64,000 nt of DNA from Synergistaceae bacterium (GCA_031274425.1 JAISQE010000067.1:1-64000); one strand, 5' to 3'. Shown: positions 1 to 9,467, counted from the stretch's first letter. Numbers and translations are program-made. Notes: generated by a model from the sequence alone, not told the origin.

Positions 1-100
1 CCGTCGGCTTGGAGTATCGTCGCGACCTGTCCTGGGCGGAGGGCCTTGATGTCGTTGGTTCGGGCCGTGAGTTCGATTCTTCCTTTTTTCGTGTCCACCA

Positions 101-490
101 TCACCTTGCCGGCGGAGGAAGCCTCCCCGCCAGGCTCTCCATGTCGAGGGTCCCGTCCTCCTGGAACTTGAGGAACGTTTTGATCATGTAAAGAGAAAGA
201 AGCGCCAGCGTGATTCCCGCGCAGACCCCTAACAGCGAGGACATTTCTCTCGACGCCCCGGAGAGGGACGCCGCCAGAGTCACCCACCCATAGCCGACGA
301 AAAGCGCGACAAAGTTTCTGACGGAAAGGTAATCGGAAAGTCCAGCCGCGTCCGCGTCGAAATCGGAGCTCCCACCCCCGGTGGCCCCGCCCTCCGCGTC
401 CTCGACGGTTCCGAAAGTCTGGAAAAGAAAAACGAGCGTCGCTAGGCCGCCTATGGCGACGTGGGCCCACGCCCACGGGTCCATCGTCAT
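101..490 (-). CDS. NfeD-like membrane protein (flotillin-associated); C-terminal OB-fold continues in another frame (apparent frameshift)
   Basis: Hydrophobic N-terminus, acidic linker, 4-nt overlap with the flotillin gene. Reverse complement of bases 1-90 read in a different frame gives ...SSAGKVMVDTKKGRIELTARTNDIKALRPGQVATILQADG, an NfeD-type beta-barrel, running off the window edge. Confidence 0.5.
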   Translation of the reverse strand: MTMDPWAWAHVAIGGLATLVFLFQTFGTVEDAEGGATGGGSSDFDADAAGLSDYLSVRNFVALFVGYGWVTLAASLSGASREMSSLLGVCAGITLALLSLYMIKTFLKFQEDGTLDMESLAGRLPPPAR

Positions 491-2099
491 TTGGGGCGTT
501 TCGCTTGAGGCGTCTCCGGCGGTTTTGTCGTCGGTTCATCCTCGCGCTTGCCGAGGATTCCGGGGCTGGTCACACCCGTCATCCGCAGAAGATCCTGCAA
601 GGGCGGCAGGCTTGTCGCGTAGTCGCGAACCAAGTTCGAGATGGTTTTGCCATCCGCCTGACCGGAGTCCCAGACCGTCACCTTGTCTATCTTGAAGTTG
701 GATATGGCCTGAGCTTGAATACCCATCATCTCTGGGACCTTCTCGGCCATCATGAGGAGGAAAGCCGCGTTTGCGTCGCCCGCGGCGGCCTCCACCAGCT
801 TCCTGATGCCCTCGGAGTTCGCCTCGAACACGGCCTTCATGCCCTCGGAACGGCCGAGCATTTCGTTTCTGATCTTTTCGCCTTCGCCGCGCCCCTCGCG
901 GCTTTGGCGCTCCATCAGCGCCTCGGCCTCCAGGATTATGCGCTGTTTTTCGGCTTCGGCGGCCGGGATAGCGTCCGCGATGCGAGACGCCTTGTCGCGC
1001 TCCGTTCGGGCGGTTTCCGCCTCCATTTCGGCCAGGTAAGCGAGCCGTTTGGTTTCGGCTTCTTTCGTCTTCTCGGCGACCATACCGCGCCTGTTGGACT
1101 CCGCCATCTTCTCGCGCAGCTCCGCGTCGGACTCCGCCTTGATCTGGCGCGCAAGGTTTTCCCCTTTGACGGCTTCGGCGTCGACTGTGGAGACGCCTAT
1201 GCGCTGCTCCCTCACGGCGTCGGCAAGCCCGATCTCCTTCTCCTTGGAAGCGCGGGCTATGGCAATCTCTCGTTCTTTCGCGTTCTCCGCCAGACCGATC
1301 TCTTTTTCCTTGTTGGCCTCGGCTATGCCGATCTCCTTTTCCTTCATGGCCTGAGCGAGTCCGATTTCCCGTTCTTTGTCGGCGCCGGCCACGCCGATCT
1401 CCCGCTCTTTGGCGGCGTTCGCCACGCCGATTTCCTTCTCTTTGTCCGCCTGAGCGACGCCAATCTGGCCGTGCCGCTCCTGTTCGGCCACGTCTATCCT
1501 CGCCTGGTTGATGGCCTCGGATGCCGCCTTTTGCCCTAAGGCTTTGATGTATCCAGACTCATCGTCGATGTCCTTGATATTGACGTTGATGACGCGCAAC
1601 CCCACCTTGGCGAGCTCGACCTCCACGGACTCCATCACGGCCGACTGGAATTTCTCTCTGTCCTTGTTGATCTCCTCGATGTTCATGGTGGCGATCGTCG
1701 CGCGGAACTGGCCAAAGATGATGTCCTCCGCCACCTGCCTCACGGCCGATTGATTCAGTTCGAGGAGGCGCTCGGCGGCGTTCTTCATCACCACCGGTTC
1801 CGTGCTGATGCCGACGGTGAATGTAGAGGGCGCGGCGATGCGTATGTTCTCTTTCGACAACGCCCCCTGCAGAGGTATTTCTATGGAAATCGGGGTCAAG
1901 TCCAGATAGGAATAATCCTGAAGAAGCGGCCAGACGAACGCGCGCCCCCATGAATGCACTTCGCGCTTCCCTCGCCGGTTTTTCCGAAGATGACGAGAAT
2001 TTTGTCCGACGGGCAGCGTTTGTATCGTTTTATCAGCGATATGAACGAAAGAAAAACGAAAACAACAAGCACTGCGGCAAACACTATGGCGACATACAT
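487..2099 (-). pseudogene. flotillin / SPFH (band 7) family protein, frameshifted near 1930-1960 in this sequence
   Basis: 487..1959 ORF has an SPFH domain plus about eight 11-aa EA-rich repeats (EKEIGxAxAxK). The N-terminal hydrophobic hairpin (MYVAIVFAAVLVVFVFLSFISLIKRYKRCPSDKILVIFGK...CIHGG) is the separate 1896..2099 ORF in another frame. RBS GGAGGTG precedes the ATG at 2099. Confidence 0.75.
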
Positions 2100-2150
2100 G
2101 GGATCACCTCCGCGTTTTTTTCAAGATGTTGGATACGACTCGATTGTTTA

Positions 2151-3224
2151 TTATTCCCCGCTGACGACGTCGGAGCTGACGCCGGGGACATCCGTCACGG
2201 GCAGAACTTCTTCTGTTTGGGGCGGGAAAAGGGCGGGGTCGTGAATCACGACGCGAGCCCTGCCGAGCAGTCCCTGGCTGAAATTGGTCACGGCCGCGCG
2301 CTCTTTTTGCTGCTGCAAAAGCATACGAATGTCCGCGCTGACCTCGTCATAAGGTGATATTTTTTCGTCGACCGCTTCGCTCTTGACGCCCACCGCGAAG
2401 TCGTCGCTGGCGACCTCGAAAACGGCACTGACGGCCCCCAGGTCCAGGGACTTCATCGGCGCCAGATAATCGTCGAACGCGGATTCGGGAACGAACATCG
2501 GAGCGGTCGTCACGTTGATCACCTTTGCGGGATCGACGACGTCCCCAGAGGTCGCCGACTCCCACGGAGTCCCCTCAAGGAGCGAATTTCTGACCTTCTC
2601 GGCCTCGTCCTCGGACGCGAAGTTGCCCAAATGGATGTTGAACCCCGCGGGCTGCCTGAAAAAGAGGTTCTTCGTGCTTTCGTAGAACTCCGCCGCTTCG
2701 TCCTCACTGACCGTCACGGCGCCGATGGACTCCTGAAACAAGCGCTGGTTCGCCATCTGCTGGGCGATGTTTTTTTTGTAATCCTCGACCTTTCTTCCCG
2801 ATCGTTCGAGGAATTGATAGAAAGCCTCTCTCGTCGGAAAAACCTGGTCGGCGTACTCTTTCATCGCCTGGTCCGCGTCCGCGTCGGAGATGACGATGCC
2901 GCTCTCTTTAACCTCCTGGTCCATTTGCCGTTCCATAACATATTGGTCGAGCGCGGACTGATAGATGAAGGGCATGTCCGTGGACAAAATCTCTCGATTG
3001 CCTTGTTCTTCGATATACTGCCGAACCCTCTGATCCAGCGTGGATCGCATCAACCGGACGCCGTTGACATCGGCTACGGCGTAATCCGACATCTGGCCGG
3101 AAGAAGACGCTCCGCTACGCGACCCGGACTCGTACATCAAAAAGGTAGACACGAGGAAAGCCAGGACGATGATGACCATAATCCAACGCATTTGCGTTCT
3201 CAACTTATTCATCAAGGAAACCAT
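2151..3224 (-). CDS. SurA N-terminal-domain / PpiD-like membrane-anchored periplasmic chaperone
   Basis: N-terminal TM helix followed by a SurA_N-like region; 357 aa. Confidence 0.5.
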   Translation of the reverse strand: MVSLMNKLRTQMRWIMVIIVLAFLVSTFLMYESGSRSGASSSGQMSDYAVADVNGVRLMRSTLDQRVRQYIEEQGNREILSTDMPFIYQSALDQYVMERQMDQEVKESGIVISDADADQAMKEYADQVFPTREAFYQFLERSGRKVEDYKKNIAQQMANQRLFQESIGAVTVSEDEAAEFYESTKNLFFRQPAGFNIHLGNFASEDEAEKVRNSLLEGTPWESATSGDVVDPAKVINVTTAPMFVPESAFDDYLAPMKSLDLGAVSAVFEVASDDFAVGVKSEAVDEKISPYDEVSADIRMLLQQQKERAAVTNFSQGLLGRARVVIHDPALFPPQTEEVLPVTDVPGVSSDVVSGE

Positions 3225-3321
3225 CTTCTTTCAATAATCTTCTTTAATCTTCTTTTAAAATATAGGGACGCCGTCGGAGTCCGCAGAGTAAAATTTTAAC
3301 ACATCCTCTGGCCTCGATCGT

Positions 3322-4050
3322 TTATCCGTGCTTTTTGTCGCGGGCAAAGCGCCGATACCAAAGCAAGTATCCCGCAGCCAGGGCAACCGCGCAGGCGACG
3401 CTGAGAAATGTCAGCAAATGCAGGTAACGTTCGAGCAATTCCTGATGCTCTCCCAGCAAATAGCCGACCACCGTCAGGACCAGGGCCCAAAGCCCCGCCC
3501 CAATGGAGGTGTAGAGCACGAAAGTCCCCAGTTTCATCCGAACGATGCCGGCCGGAAGGGAGATGTATTGCCGAATGACGGGCAGCAATCGTCCCACCAG
3601 CGTGCTGACGTGGCCGTGGCGTTCGAAAAATGCGTCCGCTTTTCCGAGAGATTCCTCCGAAACGAAAAAATACCTTCCGTACTTGAGCAAAAACGGCCGT
3701 CCGAACTTGAGGGCGAACCAATAGTTGAAAAGGGCCCCCAGAATGCTCCCCGCGATCCCGGCGATCACGACGACGGCGAAGGACATCTCCCCTTTCCAGG
3801 CGAGATATCCCGCCGGCGGCAATACCACTTCGCTGGGAAACGGGAAAAACGAGGATTCTAGAAACATGAGCGTTACGATCCCCGCGTAGCCCAGTCTCCC
3901 GATCGTCGCCACCAGCCAGTTGGTAAGGCCTTTTATCAACGCGATCAGGGTCCCGAGATTATAAAAAAAGATCCCCCCCGCAACGACGACACCCGCCAAG
4001 CCGACAGCGAGAAGCGCTCCGGCCGAAACGCGTTTGCGCTGCTCGCTCAC
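3322..4050 (-). CDS. DedA/SNARE-associated family membrane protein
   Basis: Multi-TM protein with DedA-type motifs (FFPFPSEVVLPPAGYLAW...GRLLPVIRQYISLPAG). Confidence 0.75.
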   Translation of the reverse strand: MSEQRKRVSAGALLAVGLAGVVVAGGIFFYNLGTLIALIKGLTNWLVATIGRLGYAGIVTLMFLESSFFPFPSEVVLPPAGYLAWKGEMSFAVVVIAGIAGSILGALFNYWFALKFGRPFLLKYGRYFFVSEESLGKADAFFERHGHVSTLVGRLLPVIRQYISLPAGIVRMKLGTFVLYTSIGAGLWALVLTVVGYLLGEHQELLERYLHLLTFLSVACAVALAAGYLLWYRRFARDKKHG

Positions 4051-4940
4051 GACGGGATTTCCTCGCGCAAAGCGTCTTCGCGAATTCGCCCCTCCACCAC
4101 CAGCGCGGTCCTCCCTTTAAGCCAGGCATGGCAGGATCTCCTGTCGGGGGCGAAACTCAACCGAACCTCATTGATCCCTCCAGGGTTGCGGACGCGGATC
4201 GTACGCGCCGCATCTTCATGCATGGCATCCTCATGCGCGGCATCCCCGGCGACCGCAAAGGCCACGGCCACGGCTACGCTTCCCGTGCCGCAGGATTCCG
4301 TCAGGTTCTCGACGCCTCTTTCGTAGGTGACGGCTTTCGCCTCGGTTTGCGAGATCGACTGCGCGAAAGACACGTTGCTGCCCTCGGGGAAACGGGTAAA
4401 ATCGTGGGAGATCTCGCGTCCTATCTCGATTTTCGAGGGGGCGTCGATCGCGTCGTAATCCTCCACGAACAGCACGCAATGAGGAACCCCCGCCGTCAGA
4501 AAAATATAGGGAAACTCGACGTCGCGACATCGCAGGCTTTGGCCGAAAACGATCCCCGCGAGATCCAAATTCCCCATATCCAGTTCGACGTAGGGAGACT
4601 CCACGCGGGCGCGCATCAAACCGGCCGGGGTCGTAAAGCTCATGGACGCCTCCGCCAAATTTCTTTCGAAGGCATAACGAGCAAGGGCGCGCGCGCCGTT
4701 TCCGCACATTTCGCCCTCGCTGCCATCCGAATTGAAGATGCGCATGGCGAAATCGGCCGTTTCCCCGTCCGTGTTCTTTGGGTTTTCGACCACCAATATC
4801 CCATCCGCTCCGACCGAAAATTTTCTGCGGCACAAAAGCCTAGCGAACCGCGCGAGTTCCTGGGACGAATAGCGAAGGTCCCGATTTTCCAGCACAATAA
4901 AATCATTCCCGTTTCCATGGACTTTAGTAAAATCGATCAA
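4047..4940 (-). CDS. dapF: diaminopimelate epimerase
   Basis: MIDFTKVHGNGNDFIVLENRD...GEMCGNGARALARY motifs; 4-nt overlap with dedA. Confidence 0.85.
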   Translation of the reverse strand: MIDFTKVHGNGNDFIVLENRDLRYSSQELARFARLLCRRKFSVGADGILVVENPKNTDGETADFAMRIFNSDGSEGEMCGNGARALARYAFERNLAEASMSFTTPAGLMRARVESPYVELDMGNLDLAGIVFGQSLRCRDVEFPYIFLTAGVPHCVLFVEDYDAIDAPSKIEIGREISHDFTRFPEGSNVSFAQSISQTEAKAVTYERGVENLTESCGTGSVAVAVAFAVAGDAAHEDAMHEDAARTIRVRNPGGINEVRLSFAPDRRSCHAWLKGRTALVVEGRIREDALREEIPS

Positions 4941-4967
4941 AAAATATTCCTCTCCGTTCCGTTCGGC

Positions 4968-5237
4968 TCAATCGCGTTCCGAGGAAGGAATCCAAGGATC
5001 CAGGCTTTCCAGTCGCTCCTCCAAGGACTCCAGATTTTTCGAGATTGTTTCCAGGCTGTAGGCCAATTGCAAACACGTCAACATCAACAGATGATCTTGA
5101 TCGGTGCCGTCCCCTATGGCCTGCCCGACCTCGTCCACGATGGAGATCACTCGCGCGAGCGTGGGTTCGTCCAGCGCCGTCTGCATACGATAACTTCGCT
5201 TGCCTATGAGGATTCGCACTTCTCGCAGTTTAGCCAA
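4968..5237 (-). CDS. zapA: cell division protein ZapA
   Basis: 89 aa; VRILIGKRSYRM beta-hairpin motif plus C-terminal coiled coil. Confidence 0.7.
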   Translation of the reverse strand: MAKLREVRILIGKRSYRMQTALDEPTLARVISIVDEVGQAIGDGTDQDHLLMLTCLQLAYSLETISKNLESLEERLESLDPWIPSSERD

Positions 5238-5243
5238 GGAAGA

Positions 5244-5537
5244 TCAGCTCCGTTCGCCGTCGGCGTTGCGCACCAAGGCGATCAGCTTGTCGTTCAATTC
5301 CTGAAGTTTCGACTCTATCCTGAATTGCTCCTGTTCGAAACGCAACGCGTTCGTTTGAGCGACCTCCAGCTCGGACCTCATTTCCTGCGAGGTTTTCACG
5401 GCCTCTTTGTCTCTCTCCGTCAAGCAAACGCGCAGGCGCGTTATCTCCCCCAGCATTTCTTCACGCTCGTCGAGAAGCAACCTGACCTTGTTCATCAAAT
5501 ACTCGACCAGATTCTCAATATTCTCCAATGTGTTCAT
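5244..5537 (-). CDS. ZapB-like coiled-coil protein
   Basis: 97 aa all-coiled-coil; start MNTLENIENL at 5537 has RBS AGGTGGAG 7 nt upstream. Position upstream of zapA fits. Confidence 0.4.
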   Translation of the reverse strand: MNTLENIENLVEYLMNKVRLLLDEREEMLGEITRLRVCLTERDKEAVKTSQEMRSELEVAQTNALRFEQEQFRIESKLQELNDKLIALVRNADGERS

Positions 5538-5630
5538 GCCATCTCCACCTTGAAGTTTTTCTCGGGGACGCCGAGTTTCAGCCAAATCGCCCCGGAATAT
5601 AGGGATGTAGGGAGCCAGGAGCTTTCAATA

Positions 5631-5690
5631 ATCAACGCGATGTCAACGCAGTATCAATATCGACATCAACGCGATATCAACGCATATTGT
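5631..5690. repeat. array of five ~11-bp direct repeats ((A/G)TCAA(C/T)GC(G/A)(A/G)T) in the pheT-zapB spacer
   Basis: ATCAACGCGAT GTCAACGCAGT ATCAATATCGAC ATCAACGCGAT ATCAACGCATA, with periodicity 11/11/12/11 bp; the last unit overlaps the pheT stop codon. Confidence 0.6.
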
Positions 5691-8166
5691 ATCCTTTTTT
5701 ACTCAAGGCGTCGCGTACCGAGTTGTGAATTTTATCAACTTCTTCGTCGTTCAGAGTTCGGTCGAAGGCGCGATAGCAGAGCGAAAACGCCATGCCTCGG
5801 TATCCTTCGGGGATCCCCTTGCCGCTGTAAATATCGAACAGTTTCACGCTTTCCAGAATTTTCGCGGAAGATCGCTCGTCGACGGAAGCGCGTATCTCGG
5901 CCAGTACCTCGTCCTGTGTTCTGTCGTTCGAAACCAGCATCGAGATGTCGCGGAAGCTGGCGGGGAAGGACGAAGCCGGCGTATAGACGGGTTTTTCGGC
6001 GTTCTCCAGAACGGTCAGAGTCAGCTCGAAGACGTAGACGGGCTCGGCGAAGCCCAGCTCTCGTTCGATGGCGGGCGAAAGGCGCGCCAGATAGCCGATG
6101 CCCGGAATAAGCGCGGTCTGACCGGCATGTCCGAAGGGCTCGGAGCCTCGGGTAAACGCCGCGCCGCGCCCTCGGATCTCCAGCAAGGCGAGGACATCGG
6201 CCTTGACGCTGAGGAAGTCGTCGCGCGTCTCCGCCCACGGAGTGCGAGGATCCGTGCCGCTGTAAACCAACCCCGCCAGGACGTCCAGCTCGCGATGTCC
6301 CGCGGAATGAGAGCGGGAGTCAGAGTGAGGCTCGTCGCGCAGGAAGACCCGCCCGATCTCGAAAAGCCGGACGGGGCCGCGCCACCCGGAGGCGACGCTT
6401 TCCCTCAGGCCGTTCAGCAACCCAGGAAGCAAGGTGGTGCGCATGGTCATCCAGTCCTGGCTGATGGGGTTCGCCAAAAAGAGCGGGTGAGCGCGTAGGT
6501 CGTCGTCAGGCAGCCGCAACGTCGAGACGAAGGACTCCGGCAGGAAACTGTAGGTGATCGCTTCCACGTAACCTCGAGCGATGGCGCAGGCGCGCAGAAC
6601 GCCCGCCAGCGACGTCTCCGCGCCGATGTCGCCGCGCCTCGGCAGCACGCCCGGCAGGCGAACGGGGGCTTTGTCGTAACCGCGATAGCGCCCGATTTCC
6701 TCGATCAAATCCTCCTCGATGGCGATGTCGGGACGCCATGTCGGAGGCGTGAAGGCGCGAACGTTCTCCCCAAATTTTTCGCTTTCGAACTTGTTCGCGC
6801 GGCGGATGCCGTAGCCCTCGAGGATTTGGGTCGACTCCTCCATGTCGCTCCACAGGAGGTAGGTCTGGAGTTTTTTCTTCGTCAAAACGACGGGTTGGGG
6901 CTCCGGTTGGGCGTTGAACGCGGAGATCTTCTTGTATCCGGTCGTCGCCCCGCTCCACTCGCTCATCAAAAAGAGGGCATAATCGACGCCCAGAGCGGAA
7001 AGAGTGGGGTCCACGCCGCGGGAGTAACGGAACGCGGCCTCCGAGGCGACGCCCAGGCGGCGCGACGTGTGCCCGACGCGCCGGGCGGAAAAGCTGGCCC
7101 CCTCCAAAACGACGATGCCGGTGTCGTCGTGGACTCCGGTCTGTTTGCCGCCCATGACGCCCGCGAGGGATATCGGCCGAGTCCTTGCGCCGAGCGTCTC
7201 TTTGCCGCTGGTGACGAGCATGTCTTTTGCGGTCAAAAGACGCTCTTTGCCGTCCAAGGTGACGATCTTCTCTCCCTCGGAGGCGGAGCGCACCGTAATC
7301 TCCCGCTCCGGGAGGGTGTTCAGGTCGAACGCGTGCAAGGGCTGTCCCAAGAGAAGCATCACGTAGTTCGTCGCGTCCACGATATTCGAGATGGGGCGCA
7401 TTCCCAAACGGGCGAGCGCCACGCGGATCTCCAGGGGGGACGGGGCGATCCCGACGTTCGTCGCGAGCCCCAGGTGGTAGTTCAGACACCCGTCGTCGGG
7501 CAGGGCGATCGTCCCGAACTCCACAGGCCAATCTTTAGTTCCGGCAACGTTTTCCTCCCAGGGCATCGGCTTCAGGACGGAATCGGGGTAGAGTCCCTTC
7601 AGTTCCCGGGCTATGCCGAGGACGCTCAAAAGGTCGCCCCGGTTGGGAGTGACGGAAATATCCAGAAGGACGTCTCCGAGGCCGTAAAGCGAAAGGGCGT
7701 CCGCTCCCACCGGAGCGTCTCCCGGCAGCACGAGAATTCCCTCGACGATGTCCACGTCGGGGAGTCCCAGCTCCGCCGCGGAGAGCATCATGCCCTCGCT
7801 GCGGACCTCTCCGAAATCGCGCAGCCCCAACTCCACTTTCTCCGAGGCGGCGCCGTGGGGTGTGATCCCAGGCAGCGTCGCGCCCGGAGCGCCGTAAAAA
7901 ACTTTGTCTCCCGCCTTCAGGTTCGTCGCCGCCGTGACGCAGACGGCTTTGCCTTTGCTGGTATCCAGTTCCGCGACGAAAAGGTTTTCCTTCGACGGGT
8001 GCCTTTCGAGAGATTGGACGCGGGCCACGACGACGCCCGAAATCAGAGCGCCCGGGCGTTCTATGGACTCCACCTCCGCGCCGGACATGGTCAGGCGGAA
8101 CGCCGCCTCCTCGGGCGACGCGGATAAATCCACGAAGCGGTTCAGCAACTGCCACGACACGATCAT
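5677..8166 (-). CDS. pheT: phenylalanine--tRNA ligase beta subunit
   Basis: Full-length PheT homology starting MIVSWQLLNRFVDL; ATGA overlap with the pheS stop. The upstream ORF extension to 8361 is an artefact. Confidence 0.95.
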   Translation of the reverse strand: MIVSWQLLNRFVDLSASPEEAAFRLTMSGAEVESIERPGALISGVVVARVQSLERHPSKENLFVAELDTSKGKAVCVTAATNLKAGDKVFYGAPGATLPGITPHGAASEKVELGLRDFGEVRSEGMMLSAAELGLPDVDIVEGILVLPGDAPVGADALSLYGLGDVLLDISVTPNRGDLLSVLGIARELKGLYPDSVLKPMPWEENVAGTKDWPVEFGTIALPDDGCLNYHLGLATNVGIAPSPLEIRVALARLGMRPISNIVDATNYVMLLLGQPLHAFDLNTLPEREITVRSASEGEKIVTLDGKERLLTAKDMLVTSGKETLGARTRPISLAGVMGGKQTGVHDDTGIVVLEGASFSARRVGHTSRRLGVASEAAFRYSRGVDPTLSALGVDYALFLMSEWSGATTGYKKISAFNAQPEPQPVVLTKKKLQTYLLWSDMEESTQILEGYGIRRANKFESEKFGENVRAFTPPTWRPDIAIEEDLIEEIGRYRGYDKAPVRLPGVLPRRGDIGAETSLAGVLRACAIARGYVEAITYSFLPESFVSTLRLPDDDLRAHPLFLANPISQDWMTMRTTLLPGLLNGLRESVASGWRGPVRLFEIGRVFLRDEPHSDSRSHSAGHRELDVLAGLVYSGTDPRTPWAETRDDFLSVKADVLALLEIRGRGAAFTRGSEPFGHAGQTALIPGIGYLARLSPAIERELGFAEPVYVFELTLTVLENAEKPVYTPASSFPASFRDISMLVSNDRTQDEVLAEIRASVDERSSAKILESVKLFDIYSGKGIPEGYRGMAFSLCYRAFDRTLNDEEVDKIHNSVRDALSKKGYNMR

Positions 8167-9254
8167 CAGGCATCCCTCCCCGATAGAAAATAGGAGACGT
8201 TTCCGTCGAACAAATAGCGAAGATCGTTGATTCCATACTTCAGCATCGCCATGCGGTCGAGTCCCATGCCGAAGGCGAATCCGTTGTATTCTTCTGGGTC
8301 GATGCCGCCCGCGCGGATCACGAACGGATGCGTCATGCCCATGCCGCAGACCTCGAGCCATCCCGTTCCCCTACAGACCCGGCAGTTCGAATTTTTCCCG
8401 CCGCACTCCACGCACTCGATATCGAGCTCCATGGAGGGCTCCGTGAATGGAAAATAGCTGGCGCGAAAACGGCTTTTCAGCTCCCGGCCGAAGAAGCCGT
8501 TCATCAGTTCGATCAAAGAGCCCTTTAAAACGGAAAACGACACGTCCTTCTCGACCAACAGCCCTTCGAGTTGGTTGAACATGGGCGAGTGCGTGGGGTC
8601 GTTGTCGCGGCGGTAGACCCTTCCGGGACAGACGATGCGCAGCGGCGCTCCGTATCGCAGCATCGCCCGCACCTGCACCGGCGAGGTGTGCGTTCTCAGG
8701 AGCCGCCTCTTCGAGGTTTCCCCGTCGCTTTCTTCCGAGTCCGGAAAGTAAAACGTGTCCTGCATGTCGCGCGCCGGATGCCAAGACGGCATGTTGAGGC
8801 ATTCGAAATTGTAATAATCCTCCTCGATCTCCGGCCCCAACGCCACAGAGTAACCCAACCCCTGCATGATGGCGACGATCTCGTGCATCGTCTGGGCCAC
8901 CGGGTGGAAAGCGCCCGCCGGCCGGCCCCGCGGAGGCAGCGTGACGTCGACTCTTCCCAGGGCCTCGGCCTCGGCGTCCTCCGCTCGAATCAGGGTTTGT
9001 CTCTTATCTTCGATTTTTTGCTCCAGCGCGTCCCGAAGTGCGTTCAAGGTCTCTCCGGCAAGGGGGCGTTCTTCGGGCGACAGGCTTCCCAACGACTTCA
9101 AAAGGACCGTCAAAGCCCCTTTTTTCCCCAGGTACTGGACCTTCAATTTCTGCAAAGCGTCCGTCGTCGCGATGGATACGACAGCGCGATCGAAGGAGCT
9201 TTTGACCTCCTCCACCTGATTTTCCAAATCGCTCACTACAGTTTCCTCCTTCAT
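8166..9254 (-). CDS. pheS: phenylalanine--tRNA ligase alpha subunit
   Basis: PheS class II core. The true start may be GTG at 9236, which is preceded by a perfect AAGGAGG spaced 8 nt upstream and lying inside the annotated first codons. Confidence 0.95.
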   Translation of the reverse strand: MKEETVVSDLENQVEEVKSSFDRAVVSIATTDALQKLKVQYLGKKGALTVLLKSLGSLSPEERPLAGETLNALRDALEQKIEDKRQTLIRAEDAEAEALGRVDVTLPPRGRPAGAFHPVAQTMHEIVAIMQGLGYSVALGPEIEEDYYNFECLNMPSWHPARDMQDTFYFPDSEESDGETSKRRLLRTHTSPVQVRAMLRYGAPLRIVCPGRVYRRDNDPTHSPMFNQLEGLLVEKDVSFSVLKGSLIELMNGFFGRELKSRFRASYFPFTEPSMELDIECVECGGKNSNCRVCRGTGWLEVCGMGMTHPFVIRAGGIDPEEYNGFAFGMGLDRMAMLKYGINDLRYLFDGNVSYFLSGRDA

Positions 9255-9420
9255 TATAAAAGGCAGATATAGTGCTTTAACAAAAGAACGTACTGGTAAA
9301 AATGAGTTAAACCCTTCAAAAAACTGTTTTTAGCTATTCTAACTTTAGGCCTTTTACTTCAATTCACTATAAAAAGGCAGATATTAAGAGGGCTCCTGCC
9401 GTAAAGGACAGGAACCCGAT
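9255..9420 (-). promoter_or_regulatory. rplT-pheS spacer: duplicated 16-18-nt element TATAAAA(A)GGCAGATAT flanking a terminator-like hairpin
   Basis: Copies at 9255-9270 and 9368-9385. Imperfect hairpin 9393-9414 (TCCTGCC-GTAAA-GGACAGGA) followed on the minus transcript by a U-rich run. Confidence 0.4.
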
Positions 9421-9467
9421 ATTGTTCTTTGCGGCACGCAGAGAACGCGAGTCTCCATAAAAAGACC

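Noticed and set aside
50-100. tRNA-like T-arm (GAGTTCGATTCTT)
   Set aside because: The flanking stem does not pair (GTGAG / CTTCC), there is no acceptor stem or anticodon arm, and the region is coding (NfeD C-terminus).
1190-1460. About eight tandem 33-bp repeats
   Set aside because: They lie inside the flotillin coding sequence and encode the characteristic EA-rich heptad/11-mer repeats (EKEIGxAxAxK). This is a protein-level repeat, not a mobile or regulatory DNA repeat.
505-1539. Long ORFs antisense to, or frame-shifted within, real genes (for example 505..1539, 4128..6110, 5725..6498, 6826..8127, 22277..24982, 22887..24251, 24967..26310, 30816..32336, 31027..32739, 32915..34870, 35826..37538, 46211..47647, 52692..54377, 56263..57555)
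   Set aside because: They overlap strongly supported conserved genes on the other strand or frame. They have Arg/Pro/Gly-rich low-complexity translations typical of spurious ORFs in GC-rich DNA, and no homology signal.
8167-8361. 65-aa N-terminal extension of pheT
   Set aside because: It overlaps pheS. Conserved PheT N-terminus (MIVSWQLL...) begins at 8166 with an ATGA stop-start overlap.
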